Assembly: GCA_037146775.1 (NCBI GenBank)
Contig: JBAWWL010000007.1
Location: 65,536 to 129,535, forward strand
Direction: 5' to 3'
DNA length: 64,000 bases
From: Candidatus Omnitrophota bacterium
GTDB taxonomy: Bacteria; Omnitrophota; Gorgyraeia; Duberdicusellales; 4484-171
Under the pieces are notes generated by a model, which had not been told where the DNA came from, did not search any database, and saw only the letters and a list, made by a program, of their open reading frames with translations. Position 1 is the stretch's first letter; every line of letters begins with the position of its first letter. Positions 10,915 to 19,688 of the stretch are shown here, piece after piece. The position numbers were made by a program, and so were the translations under genes.

Positions 10915-12562
10915 TAATATTAGTAATGACGTTGGAGGGTTACGGAGAAATTTATCAAAAAAGAGCTTAAAATTCTTTGCGGGAACATATTTTAAACATT
11001 ATTGCAAGGTTGGCTTTGCGCCATTTCATCTGGAGTTCTTTGACTATCTTCAGGGCGTTACATTAAAGCGTAACATAAAGTCTGCGGTTGCAGCCCCTCG
11101 AGGTTATGCGAAGAGTACAGTTGTGAGTCTCATTTATGCATTGTGGTGTATTTGTTTCAAATGGGAGAGCTGCATGGTGATTTTTTCATGCACCAAAGAT
11201 CAGTCGCAAAAACTTTTATCCCACATTAAGGATGAACTTAGCACGAACGAAGTATTGCGGGCGGATTTTCCCGATGTATGCGAAATGCCCAATCCCCGGT
11301 GGAGGGTAGATGAGATTATTACCAAAAACAACGTTAACGTAATAGTCTCAAGTGTTGGAAATCGGATACGTGGTGTGCGCTATAAGGAAGAAAGGCCTGG
11401 GCTTGTAATCTTAGATGACGTTGAGACTCGCGAAAATACATGGACTGCTGAGCAAAGAGAAAATATTCTTGATTGGTTCACCAAGGTTGTGCTTAATCTG
11501 GGTGATGAGCGCACTAATTTTATTGTTTGCGGCACCGTGTTGCACTTTGACAGCCTGCTAGCCAAGCTTTTAAGCGGAGAGGAGCTTGCTGGCTGGGACC
11601 ATGAAATTTATAAAGCTATCCTCAATGAAGCAGATTGCAATGACCTTTGGGCTGAGTGGTCTAATCTTTATCGCAGTAGGAATATTTATAAAGGGCAGAC
11701 AGGCCCGGATGCAGCCAGCCTATTTTATAAGGACAATGAATATGACATGCTTAAAGGTGTGCAGGTCCTTTGGAAGGATAAGGAAAGCTATCTTGACCTT
11801 ATGGTTATGCGGGAGCAAAAAGGAATTCCCAGTTTTGAATCAGAAAAGATGAACGAACCCAAAGACTGTAGGGTAAACAGTTTTAACATAAAAACAGTAA
11901 TTTTCTGGGATGATGATTCGCGGCATCCGACTGTAGAGGATTTAAGGCGGTTTTTAGGCACCCGCATTGCCGTCATCGGGGCATGCGATTCGGCAGTGAC
12001 TGTTTCAAGTAGGAGCGACTATTCGGCGATAGTGACGGCTTTTGTAAATCTGTCCAGCAAGGAAAAGGAACTTTATGTGGTTGACGCCGATGCGGGAAGA
12101 TGGAATGTTAACATTCTCATAGAGAGAATCTGCATTTACCATAAAACAAGGGTATATACCACGTTTATCTATGAGGCAAATGCTGCCCAATCTTGGCTTG
12201 GTGAGATGCTAAAGAAGCAGCCAGCTTATATCCCAATAAAACCCATAACGAACACAGAGCCTAAAGAGGTGCGTATAATGAAGATTATGCTTCTTATTCA
12301 GCAAGGAAAAGTAAAGATTTCAAAAAGGCTGGCTGAACTTACACGGCAGCTTTCCCAGTATCCTTACTGTGCGCATGATGATATTATAGATGCCTTATCG
12401 ATGTTGATTGATGCTGCCGAGAAATATGCTAGTATGAATCCCGGTGAAATGAAGATATTTTTTGAGAAAATCAGGAATGGATCTGCTGGCGATAAAGGGA
12501 AAAAGATTATTCTTTACGGCGATAGGCCATTTAATGATTATGGTGGACTATTAGGAATTTAG
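10907..12562 (+). CDS. terL: phage terminase large subunit (Terminase_6/6C-like)
   Basis: AAPRGYAKST Walker A, VILDDVE Walker B, C-terminal HDDIIDAL nuclease motif; ATG 10907 after AAGGAG. Confidence 0.85.
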   Translation: MNNNISNDVGGLRRNLSKKSLKFFAGTYFKHYCKVGFAPFHLEFFDYLQGVTLKRNIKSAVAAPRGYAKSTVVSLIYALWCICFKWESCMVIFSCTKDQSQKLLSHIKDELSTNEVLRADFPDVCEMPNPRWRVDEIITKNNVNVIVSSVGNRIRGVRYKEERPGLVILDDVETRENTWTAEQRENILDWFTKVVLNLGDERTNFIVCGTVLHFDSLLAKLLSGEELAGWDHEIYKAILNEADCNDLWAEWSNLYRSRNIYKGQTGPDAASLFYKDNEYDMLKGVQVLWKDKESYLDLMVMREQKGIPSFESEKMNEPKDCRVNSFNIKTVIFWDDDSRHPTVEDLRRFLGTRIAVIGACDSAVTVSSRSDYSAIVTAFVNLSSKEKELYVVDADAGRWNVNILIERICIYHKTRVYTTFIYEANAAQSWLGEMLKKQPAYIPIKPITNTEPKEVRIMKIMLLIQQGKVKISKRLAELTRQLSQYPYCAHDDIIDALSMLIDAAEKYASMNPGEMKIFFEKIRNGSAGDKGKKIILYGDRPFNDYGGLLGI

Positions 12563-12580
12563 AAGTAATTATGAAGTAAT

Positions 12581-12796
12581 TTAGAAATCTAAAAGTTTTG
12601 AAGGTTTAGTTTTAAGTGCTTTCGCAAGCCTCCCAATAGTTTCAAGCCTTATATTGGGAGGCTTTTTACTTTCAATCCGCTGAATATACTTATAGTCAAT
12701 ACCCGTTTCTTCAGACAACTTTTCCTGCGTCAAACCCCGTATTTCGCGTAATTTTTTCAGTCTTTTACCCAGTTTTACCCTTATTGACTCTTCCAT
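12581..12796 (-). CDS. XRE/HTH_3 regulator (controller-protein-like)
   Basis: LGKRLKKLREIRGLTQEKLSEETGIDYKYIQRIES...NIRLETIGRLAKAL. Confidence 0.9.
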   Translation of the reverse strand: MEESIRVKLGKRLKKLREIRGLTQEKLSEETGIDYKYIQRIESKKPPNIRLETIGRLAKALKTKPSKLLDF

Positions 12797-12857
12797 AGCA
12801 CCGTATTATGGCACGGTGTTATAGTTGTTGACACCTAACGATATTACGGTGTAACAT
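12797..12857. promoter_or_regulatory. divergent promoter region with CACCGT/ACGGTG inverted repeats
   Basis: AGCACCGT-N8-ACGGTGTT (12797-12820) and ACACC...GGTGT (12831-12852) overlap a TTGACA and a minus-strand CATAAT 8 nt before the XRE ATG. Confidence 0.55.
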
Positions 12858-12890
12858 AGCGATTATCCAAGCAACAAAATATTTTTTAAA

Positions 12891-12922
12891 CGACATGATG
12901 TTGTCGACTGCATTCGTATAAT
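12891..12922 (+). promoter_or_regulatory. putative WYL operator CGACA-N6-TGTCG plus TATAAT
   Basis: CGACAtgatgtTGTCG 12891-12906, TATAAT 12917-12922; same motif and T-tract/AAA context as 17605-17620. Confidence 0.6.
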
Positions 12923-13005
12923 TGATCCATAAGATTTCAGCGACTTATAACAATTTTATGGCCAACTAATTATTAACTTTTATAACCAAAGGCGGAGGGT
13001 AAAAA

Positions 13006-13587
13006 ATGAAAAGAACACCAGAAGAGTGGCTTAAAAAAGTAAAAGAATTGCTTATGGAAAAGTTTGCTGACAAAACCAAAAAATTTTTTACTGAGCGAGA
13101 TATTGTTTATTCGTTACAAGAAGACATAAGAAAGGATATTAAAAACAACAATTTACCATATAAGGTTTTTAATGATTGTCCAATATTGCCAGGCAAGGCC
13201 AAAAGGCCCCTTTGCGCTGACTTGGTTATTATAAGTGAAGATAATTTTGGAGAGTTGAAAAAAAACCCCAAGAATATTCTCAAGAAAATTTGCGCAGAGA
13301 TTGCATTTGAATTCAAGTATGAACCTGATCATGGCAATAAGAGGAAAGATGACTTTCAGCCGAAGAAATTTTTTTCAGATTCAAGAGTCGTTTCTTGGAA
13401 TGGTGTGGAGAAGGACAGAGATCGTATAACAGACTTTGTGAAGAAAAATAAGGCTAAAATAGGATGTTCAGTTTTTATAGATGAAGGTGGGGTATTTCAG
13501 GGCAAATACAGTCCCGAAGAGCATGCCCCATATATAATTTATAAATGTAAAATGGTATCTGGAAAACCTATGCTCGAACCATTTTAG
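13006..13587 (+). CDS. PD-(D/E)XK-like nuclease-fold protein
   Basis: FTERDI ... ADLVII ... AFEFKYE pattern. Confidence 0.6.
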   Translation: MKRTPEEWLKKVKELLMEKFADKTKKFFTERDIVYSLQEDIRKDIKNNNLPYKVFNDCPILPGKAKRPLCADLVIISEDNFGELKKNPKNILKKICAEIAFEFKYEPDHGNKRKDDFQPKKFFSDSRVVSWNGVEKDRDRITDFVKKNKAKIGCSVFIDEGGVFQGKYSPEEHAPYIIYKCKMVSGKPMLEPF

Positions 13588-13608
13588 ACATAAAAGCAGG
13601 AGGTAGTA

Positions 13609-14076
13609 ATGAAAGGATTGTCGTGGGTTTCTGTCGCAATATTATTAATGATTTGTGGATGCGGTCCAAATCAGCAACAATACATGGGGGGCTTAGAACA
13701 ATCAGTAAAGCCGTTGATCCAGAAAGACCTAACTGAGGCAATTAAATACTTTGGTTTGTCCGAAGATACGGCTACGGTCTCTGAAGTTAAACTTACTAAG
13801 TTTAGTAAGGATAGGAATTATTATGTTGGAAAAGCTAAGATTAATTTTAAACCCCTTGAGATTAATGGTAAAAGAGTTGAAACGAAAGCGACCGTTGACC
13901 AGCTTGGTGCAAGGGAAGTTCCTGTTACATACGAGTATCTTATTGATGTTCAAGTAGCGACTGAAAAGCCGAATGACGATATGTTCAACTATAAATACGA
14001 TTCAGAACAGCTTAGTTTAGCGATTGGTGAATATGTGGATTTGATAATGCAAGTGGCAAGAGCGACTGCAAGATGA
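13609..14076 (+). CDS. lipoprotein
   Basis: hydrophobic leader with ICGC lipobox; GGAGG RBS. Confidence 0.7.
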   Translation: MKGLSWVSVAILLMICGCGPNQQQYMGGLEQSVKPLIQKDLTEAIKYFGLSEDTATVSEVKLTKFSKDRNYYVGKAKINFKPLEINGKRVETKATVDQLGAREVPVTYEYLIDVQVATEKPNDDMFNYKYDSEQLSLAIGEYVDLIMQVARATAR

Positions 14077-14156
14077 TGGTAAAAAGAATATTTTTCCCTG
14101 CAATAATATATAGAGGTAGAATAAAATGAATCAAACCATTTTTAGGAGGTAATATT

Positions 14157-14252
14157 ATGAAAAAAGTAATTATTGGTGTCGCGTTAACTATCTTGATTGT
14201 TGTTATATTTTGGATGTTGGGTCGATTTCTTGGAGGAAATGTTCGATTTTAA
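14157..14252 (+). CDS. 31-aa single-TM peptide
   Basis: AGGAGGT RBS; MKKVIIGVALTILIVVIFWMLGRFLGGNVRF. Confidence 0.5.
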   Translation: MKKVIIGVALTILIVVIFWMLGRFLGGNVRF

Positions 14253-14437
14253 ATAGGATATTCTATGGTCGCGCACGGCCCATCCATTTTCAGTCTTCTA
14301 CAGACACATTAGCTAAAAAGAGATTGGATACTTTTTAGGTTGGATTGGGTTGAAAAGTAGCTATAATGATAGCCGATATAAGGGAATAAAAGAAATATTA
14401 CGTAAGTATTTGGAGCATTAGCCCTAGCTGGTTTTCT

Positions 14438-15928
14438 ATGAGAGACAAGACTAAAACCTTTCTTTCCAAGAGCAAGTACATGGAAGGGTTGCAATGTAAA
14501 AAACTCCTCTGGTATGAGTATAACCGGAAGGAATTGATTCCGCCGCCTGACCCAGCCAAACAAGCGATTTTTGATGAAGGTACAAAGATTGGAGAAATAG
14601 CCCGTACGCTTTTTCCTGGTGGCATGAAGCTTGAGCGTAATAAATTCCCCGAAGGCCACGATAAACAATCCCGCGAAGCATTAAAAGAACGCCGGCCGCT
14701 GTTTGAGGCCGGTTTTATTGCAAACAGGGGATATGCGTTGGCTGATGTTTTACTTCCGGTAGGCCGCAGCGCATGGGATCTCATTGAAGTTAAAAGCTCA
14801 GCCAGCGTTAAGGAAGAGCATATGCCGGATGTAGCATTCCAGCTTTATACTTATCGTAATGCCGGACTTGACGTGCGTTCCTGCTCTCTTATGTATATTA
14901 ACAACCAATATCTACGTAAAGGTAAGATTGATGCGGGTAAGCTTTTTGCAAAAGAAGATATCAGCGCGCAAGTTGAGGAGTTATTAGGTTATACCAAAAC
15001 CATGCTCCCAAAACTTCTAAGTATTATTGCTCAGTCGGATGAGCCGAAAGTAGAGATTGGCCCGCAGTGCGATAGTCCTTATGAATGCCCGCTTAAGGGG
15101 CATTGTTGGAAGCATTTACCTTTGCATAATAGCGTTTTTACTTTGTATCGCGGGAAAAAACTTGCATTTGAGCTGATGAAGAAGGGAGCCAAAGATTTAT
15201 TCGCAATTCCCAAAGGTACCATGCTTAATGATAAGCAGCAGATTCAACTTGCCTGTTGCGTAAAGAACGATTCTTATGTGGATCGGGATGGTTTGGCCGC
15301 ATTTCTTGAGAAGCTTGAGTATCCGCTGTATTTTCTTGATTTTGAAACGGTTTCTAACGCTGTGCCGTTATATGATCTGTCTCGGCCGTATGAGCAGATA
15401 CCGTTTCAATATTCGCTCCATGTGGTGGAGAAGATAGGTGCTAAGCCGAAGCATTATTCATTTATCGCTCCGGATACGACGGATCCTCGGCCACAGATTC
15501 TAAAGCAGTTAAAAGATTTATTGAAAGACAAAGGTTCAATTATTGCCTATAGCGCGCCGTTTGAAATTGGAGCTCTCGTGCGTTCGGCAGGAATTTATAC
15601 CGATTATATGGATTGGGTGGAAGGCATTAAGGAACGAGTGGTCGATCTGCTTACGCCATTTCGGGCATTTCATTATTATCATCCCAAGCAGGAGGGAAAT
15701 AATTCTTTAAAGGCAGTATTACCGGCTTTAACCGGAATCTCTTATAAAGAAATGGAAATTGCTGAAGGTGAGGTGGCAAGTAAAGAATATGCTCGGGTTA
15801 CTTTCTCGCAAGGTGTAAGTCCGGAAGAGCGCAAGAGGGTATATGAGGCGCTTGAGAAGTATTGCGGCCTTGATACCAGCGGGATGATTGATATATTGCA
15901 GGCGCTTAGGAAGGAAGCAGGGGGATAG
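14438..15928 (+). CDS. DUF2779-type PD-(D/E)XK nuclease with RNase H-like C-terminus
   Basis: LSKSKY.EGLQC.K.LW, ADVL...IEVKSS, C..PYECP...HCW, YFLDFET, PYEQIPFQYS, YCGLD. Confidence 0.85.
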   Translation: MRDKTKTFLSKSKYMEGLQCKKLLWYEYNRKELIPPPDPAKQAIFDEGTKIGEIARTLFPGGMKLERNKFPEGHDKQSREALKERRPLFEAGFIANRGYALADVLLPVGRSAWDLIEVKSSASVKEEHMPDVAFQLYTYRNAGLDVRSCSLMYINNQYLRKGKIDAGKLFAKEDISAQVEELLGYTKTMLPKLLSIIAQSDEPKVEIGPQCDSPYECPLKGHCWKHLPLHNSVFTLYRGKKLAFELMKKGAKDLFAIPKGTMLNDKQQIQLACCVKNDSYVDRDGLAAFLEKLEYPLYFLDFETVSNAVPLYDLSRPYEQIPFQYSLHVVEKIGAKPKHYSFIAPDTTDPRPQILKQLKDLLKDKGSIIAYSAPFEIGALVRSAGIYTDYMDWVEGIKERVVDLLTPFRAFHYYHPKQEGNNSLKAVLPALTGISYKEMEIAEGEVASKEYARVTFSQGVSPEERKRVYEALEKYCGLDTSGMIDILQALRKEAGG

Positions 15929-16065
15929 TTTAGTTGGAAGTTTTTTTGGGGTTCATGTTTTCCTAATACGCGCAAACTCAATCGCCAAAAAAAGCGGTGC
16001 GTTGAATTGTGTGAGTTGGAATATAGTGAAATTAACTTTAGGGTATTATAGATGGGGGAAGGTCA

Positions 16066-16578
16066 ATGCTATCTAGTAAAGTTGGAATAATTTTAAATAC
16101 GCTTAAGAGTAAGATCGATTCTAGTAAAGGACTCCCAATCTTTTACGATAAAAATGCTAAGTTTGAAAATTGGTTACAAGTGGAATTGTGTGGTATTTTG
16201 TCTGAAAAATGCCAGGCTGAGATTATTCCAGAGCAGTATTCGGAGGCTAATCAATGTTCGTATGATATCTCTGGCGAAAAGGTATTGATTGAGCTTAAAA
16301 TTCATACTACAAAAAAGTCAGCTTCGCATAATATAAAAGGAATTATCAAGGATATCGAAAAATTAAAAAGAGCACCTGATTCAAAAGAAAAAGCAATAAT
16401 TTTTGTAGCTTTCCCGCTAAAGTATAATGATAAGGAATGGGTAACCTAATTGGAAAATATAGCTCCAAAAGAGAGTTTTATTCGATACTATAGATCATTA
16501 AAGTTTAAGGGTGCCGGTAGAGAAGGTGTTGTGTATTTTATCCAACCGTTGCATAAACTTGAGTCGGTGATATTATAA
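16066..16578 (+). pseudogene. PD-(D/E)XK-like protein with premature TAA at 16447-16449
   Basis: FENWLQVEL...YDI...IELK motif; the same frame stays open for 42 more codons to TAA 16578, 4 nt before the WYL gene. Confidence 0.6.
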
Positions 16579-16582
16579 AAAT

Positions 16583-17524
16583 ATGGCACTTCCTCCTAAG
16601 AGTAACTACGATCATAAGTTTTTTCGCCTGCTGTTTATTTTGAATAAACTTGACCGTGGTGAAAAGGTTTCTACGCTTTCTCTTGCCAAGGAGTTTAACG
16701 TTAAAATCCGCACCGTTCAGCGCGACATAGCCTTGTTATGCGGTACTGGGTTCCTGATTGAATCTCTTGAAAAAGGCACCTACTGTTTTGAAAAAGGTTT
16801 TTCTCTGCGTAAGATCCATCTAAGCGGCGAAGAGGCATCTTTGCTTTCCTTCATGTTTGAAATCGCAAAGTCTTTGGGTTCAAATTTTGAAGGGACTTTT
16901 CGGAGCGTACTGGCTAAGGTAATCCAGAAGGAATATGAATATCCTTATTACGCCAAGATCCCGTCTTCTGAAACATCTTTTAAGGAATTGCCATTCATCA
17001 AGGATCTTGAAAATGCAGTCAGCGATAGCTGTAAGATAAACTTAAAATATAAAAAAGATGACAATTTAAAAGAGTATCACCTGTGCCCCCTTAAGATAAT
17101 CTTTTTTGACGGGTTCTGGTATCTTCTGGCTCAGGGCGATAAAGAGAAGCAGATAGTTAAATTCCGGCTCGACAGGATCAAGCATGTCGCTCTTCTCGAT
17201 GAATATTTTACCCCGCCCGGAAACATAAAAAAGATTCTCGACCAAAGCGCGAATATCTGGTTTTCAGGAAAGAATAAATATAAAGCTATTCTGCATGTCG
17301 ACAAGCAGATATCCGATTATTTCAAGCAGAGAAAATACTTTCCTTCTCAGAAGATAACAAAAAAGAATAAGGATGGTTCGCTTATTATCGAGAGCAGTTA
17401 TTCAGACATGGCAGAAGTAAGCCACACCATAATGCACTGGCTGCCGCATATAGTTGTTACAGGACCAGAAGATTTAAAGAATGAAATCAAGGCTAAGATA
17501 GAAGAATACCGCAAAAGGCTGTAA
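16583..17524 (+). CDS. HTH-WYL-WCX transcriptional regulator (PafBC/YafY-like)
   Basis: LAKEFNVKIRTVQRDI wHTH; FWYLLA...KFRLDRI WYL; VVTGPEDLK WCX. Confidence 0.93.
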   Translation: MALPPKSNYDHKFFRLLFILNKLDRGEKVSTLSLAKEFNVKIRTVQRDIALLCGTGFLIESLEKGTYCFEKGFSLRKIHLSGEEASLLSFMFEIAKSLGSNFEGTFRSVLAKVIQKEYEYPYYAKIPSSETSFKELPFIKDLENAVSDSCKINLKYKKDDNLKEYHLCPLKIIFFDGFWYLLAQGDKEKQIVKFRLDRIKHVALLDEYFTPPGNIKKILDQSANIWFSGKNKYKAILHVDKQISDYFKQRKYFPSQKITKKNKDGSLIIESSYSDMAEVSHTIMHWLPHIVVTGPEDLKNEIKAKIEEYRKRL

Positions 17525-17603
17525 AAAGCCTGCTTTCAAGCGATACAACCTTGCCACTACCTCGTGTGGCGCACTTTCTTATTCCGCAAAAATCTTTTTC
17601 AAA

Positions 17604-17637
17604 GCGACATAACCTTGTCGCATGCCTATGTTACATT
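17604..17637 (+). promoter_or_regulatory. WYL operator/promoter GCGACA-N6-TGTCGC-N10-TACATT
   Basis: perfect 6-bp palindrome; right half-site lies 10 nt from a TAnnnT -10; degenerate tandem copy GCGATA-N6-TGCCAC at 17540-17557. Confidence 0.7.
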
Positions 17638-17720
17638 TAGAACTATCCTATTGAATATTATATAAACTAACTTGATAATAGCCGGTTTCTATGGCTATAT
17701 ATGCAAAAAGGAGGTGTGTT

Positions 17721-19190
17721 ATGGAACAAACTTTTTCAGCCCAAAGCTTAAATAGTAATACGCTAATAAAGGATGATATCAGCCTTCAGCCTCAAAAAGA
17801 GGCGGTTATTTTGGCTAATGACAAGGAGTATCTCGATGATTATTTTGAGATTTATCGTCTTTATCTACTCAAGCGCACTATTCTGAACAAAATTCAAAAT
17901 AAGCGCTCTAAGTGTGAGTTGTCCGGAAAGGGAAGGTTTAACGGCCGCATTGTCATACTTAATAACCGGATACTAAAGCAGGAGACGATATTCTGGCAGA
18001 AGGTACAAGAGGGTCAAACGCGCGGAATAAAGTTCGCCATTGAGGAAATCGCGGCCAAATTCAATCTGGATTTGTTTGAAAAGAAATTACTGCTTTTTTT
18101 TCTTTACCTTGAATATTTTGCCGTTGAGAAAAATATCTGTATGGAAGACGAATTGCTTTGTATCTTTGATACCGAAAACTCCGTATTGTCCAGAATGCGA
18201 AATAATAAGTATTTTAAGAAGGATTCAGTCCTGCTTAAGAATGGACTGCTTGTCAAGGATTTTAGAGCGAATTCTGCCAGCGCAAGAGCTGAAATTACGC
18301 TTAGTTCCAAGGCGCTGGATATTATTTCAACAGTTTTAAATGGCGGAGAATACCTGGAAGTTGAATCCAAGAAAGCCACTTCCAGCGGAACGATAGGCTA
18401 TGTCAAGGAGCCGGAGTATAAACTTGAGGATATTTTTTTAAATGAAGATATTAAAGGGAAAATTACATTATTTCTGGATGCTTATAGGGATAATAAATTT
18501 GAGGCCTTAGGGGTTACGCAGAGAATAAAGAAAGGTTTAGGCGCGGCGTTTCTTTTTTCTGGCCCTCCCGGAACAGGAAAAAGTATGCTTGCTGAGGCAG
18601 TCGCGGCATACGTCGGGAAGAAGGTGTTGATGGTAGAGTACCCAAAGATAATGGATCACTGGGTTGGTGCGACCGATAAGAATATATCAACAATCTTTAA
18701 AAGCGCTGAAGAGGAGAATCTTGTGGTTATTCTTGATGAAGCAGATACTCTTTTTTATAACAGATCATTTGCTCTTGAAGAACACGATATAAGGTTTGTA
18801 AACGAAATGTTGCAGGAACTGGAGAAGTTTAAAGGCATAATTATCCTTACGACAAATATGGATATTTTACTTGATCCGGCGCTCGAAAGAAGGCTTTCTT
18901 TGAAGGTGAAGTTCGAGCTTCCTCCCAAGGATACACGCTCTCAGATATGGCAGTTCCACATTCCAGACAAAGTCAGGCTGGCAGAAGGGGTTAATTTTGA
19001 GATGCTGGCGGCAAAGTATGATTTCTCGGGAGGCAATATCAAGAATGCGGTTTTAAACGCATTCAGGAAAATGGCCTCAAGAAACAGCGATACGCTTACT
19101 TTGGAAGACTTGATTTTCGGAGCGAACTTAGAGAAAGACGGCATGTTTAATTCCAAGGCCCAAAGAAACGTTGTTGGCTTTTCCTCTTAA
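17721..19190 (+). CDS. AAA+ ATPase with N-terminal helical/winged-helix region
   Basis: GPPGTGKS, VILDEAD, LTTN...LDPALERR, FSGGNIKN; ATG 17721 after AAAGGAGG. Confidence 0.92.
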   Translation: MEQTFSAQSLNSNTLIKDDISLQPQKEAVILANDKEYLDDYFEIYRLYLLKRTILNKIQNKRSKCELSGKGRFNGRIVILNNRILKQETIFWQKVQEGQTRGIKFAIEEIAAKFNLDLFEKKLLLFFLYLEYFAVEKNICMEDELLCIFDTENSVLSRMRNNKYFKKDSVLLKNGLLVKDFRANSASARAEITLSSKALDIISTVLNGGEYLEVESKKATSSGTIGYVKEPEYKLEDIFLNEDIKGKITLFLDAYRDNKFEALGVTQRIKKGLGAAFLFSGPPGTGKSMLAEAVAAYVGKKVLMVEYPKIMDHWVGATDKNISTIFKSAEEENLVVILDEADTLFYNRSFALEEHDIRFVNEMLQELEKFKGIIILTTNMDILLDPALERRLSLKVKFELPPKDTRSQIWQFHIPDKVRLAEGVNFEMLAAKYDFSGGNIKNAVLNAFRKMASRNSDTLTLEDLIFGANLEKDGMFNSKAQRNVVGFSS

Positions 19191-19203
19191 CAAAGAAGGC
19201 ATT

Positions 19204-19377
19204 ATGAAATACAAAGAATGGATGAAGTTGATTCGTAAGCATCCGCATAAGGATCTCAACGGAAAAGTTATCTTTTATGATATCGATGGCACAGCGCTGG
19301 GTGAGGTTGTTTATAAAAAGGGTAAAGTGGTCTCAGGAAGAGAATACGTGATTAGAAAAAAAATGGATAAGTCATAG
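19204..19377 (+). CDS. 57-aa protein with one MORN-like repeat
   Basis: LNGKVIFYDIDGTALGEVVYKKGK. Confidence 0.55.
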   Translation: MKYKEWMKLIRKHPHKDLNGKVIFYDIDGTALGEVVYKKGKVVSGREYVIRKKMDKS

Positions 19378-19394
19378 CCAGGGAGGAGGTAAAG

Positions 19395-19688
19395 ATGATA
19401 AAACGACAGGGGGATTTACTGATTGTTAAGGTGGAGAAAATTCCCGAGGATGCGCAAACGCAGAAAAGCCGTATATTGGCCGAAGGAGAGGCAACCGGCC
19501 ATATGCACGAACTAGACTCGGGGGAAGTTTATGAAAAAGACGGAACACTGTACTTTAAAGTAGCAGAGGGCGGGAATGTGACTTTGAAACATCCGGAACA
19601 CGGTCCGCTTCAATTCGATGAGGGAGTTTACCAAGTAATCCGTCAGCGTGAATATATTCCAGAGGGTTGGCGCCGTGTCGAGGATTGA
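19395..19688 (+). CDS. small His-rich 'RQGD' beta protein
   Basis: RQGDLL...LAEGEATGHMH...LKHPEHG...RQREY; GGAGG RBS. Confidence 0.8.
   Translation: MIKRQGDLLIVKVEKIPEDAQTQKSRILAEGEATGHMHELDSGEVYEKDGTLYFKVAEGGNVTLKHPEHGPLQFDEGVYQVIRQREYIPEGWRRVED

Noticed and set aside
8993-12562. Complete prophage
   Set aside because: No portal, capsid, tail, lysis or integrase genes in the window
6911-16449. Stop-codon reassignment (TAA read as Gln)
   Set aside because: Only two cases, while TAA is the usual terminator of conserved genes (murA, rex, serA)
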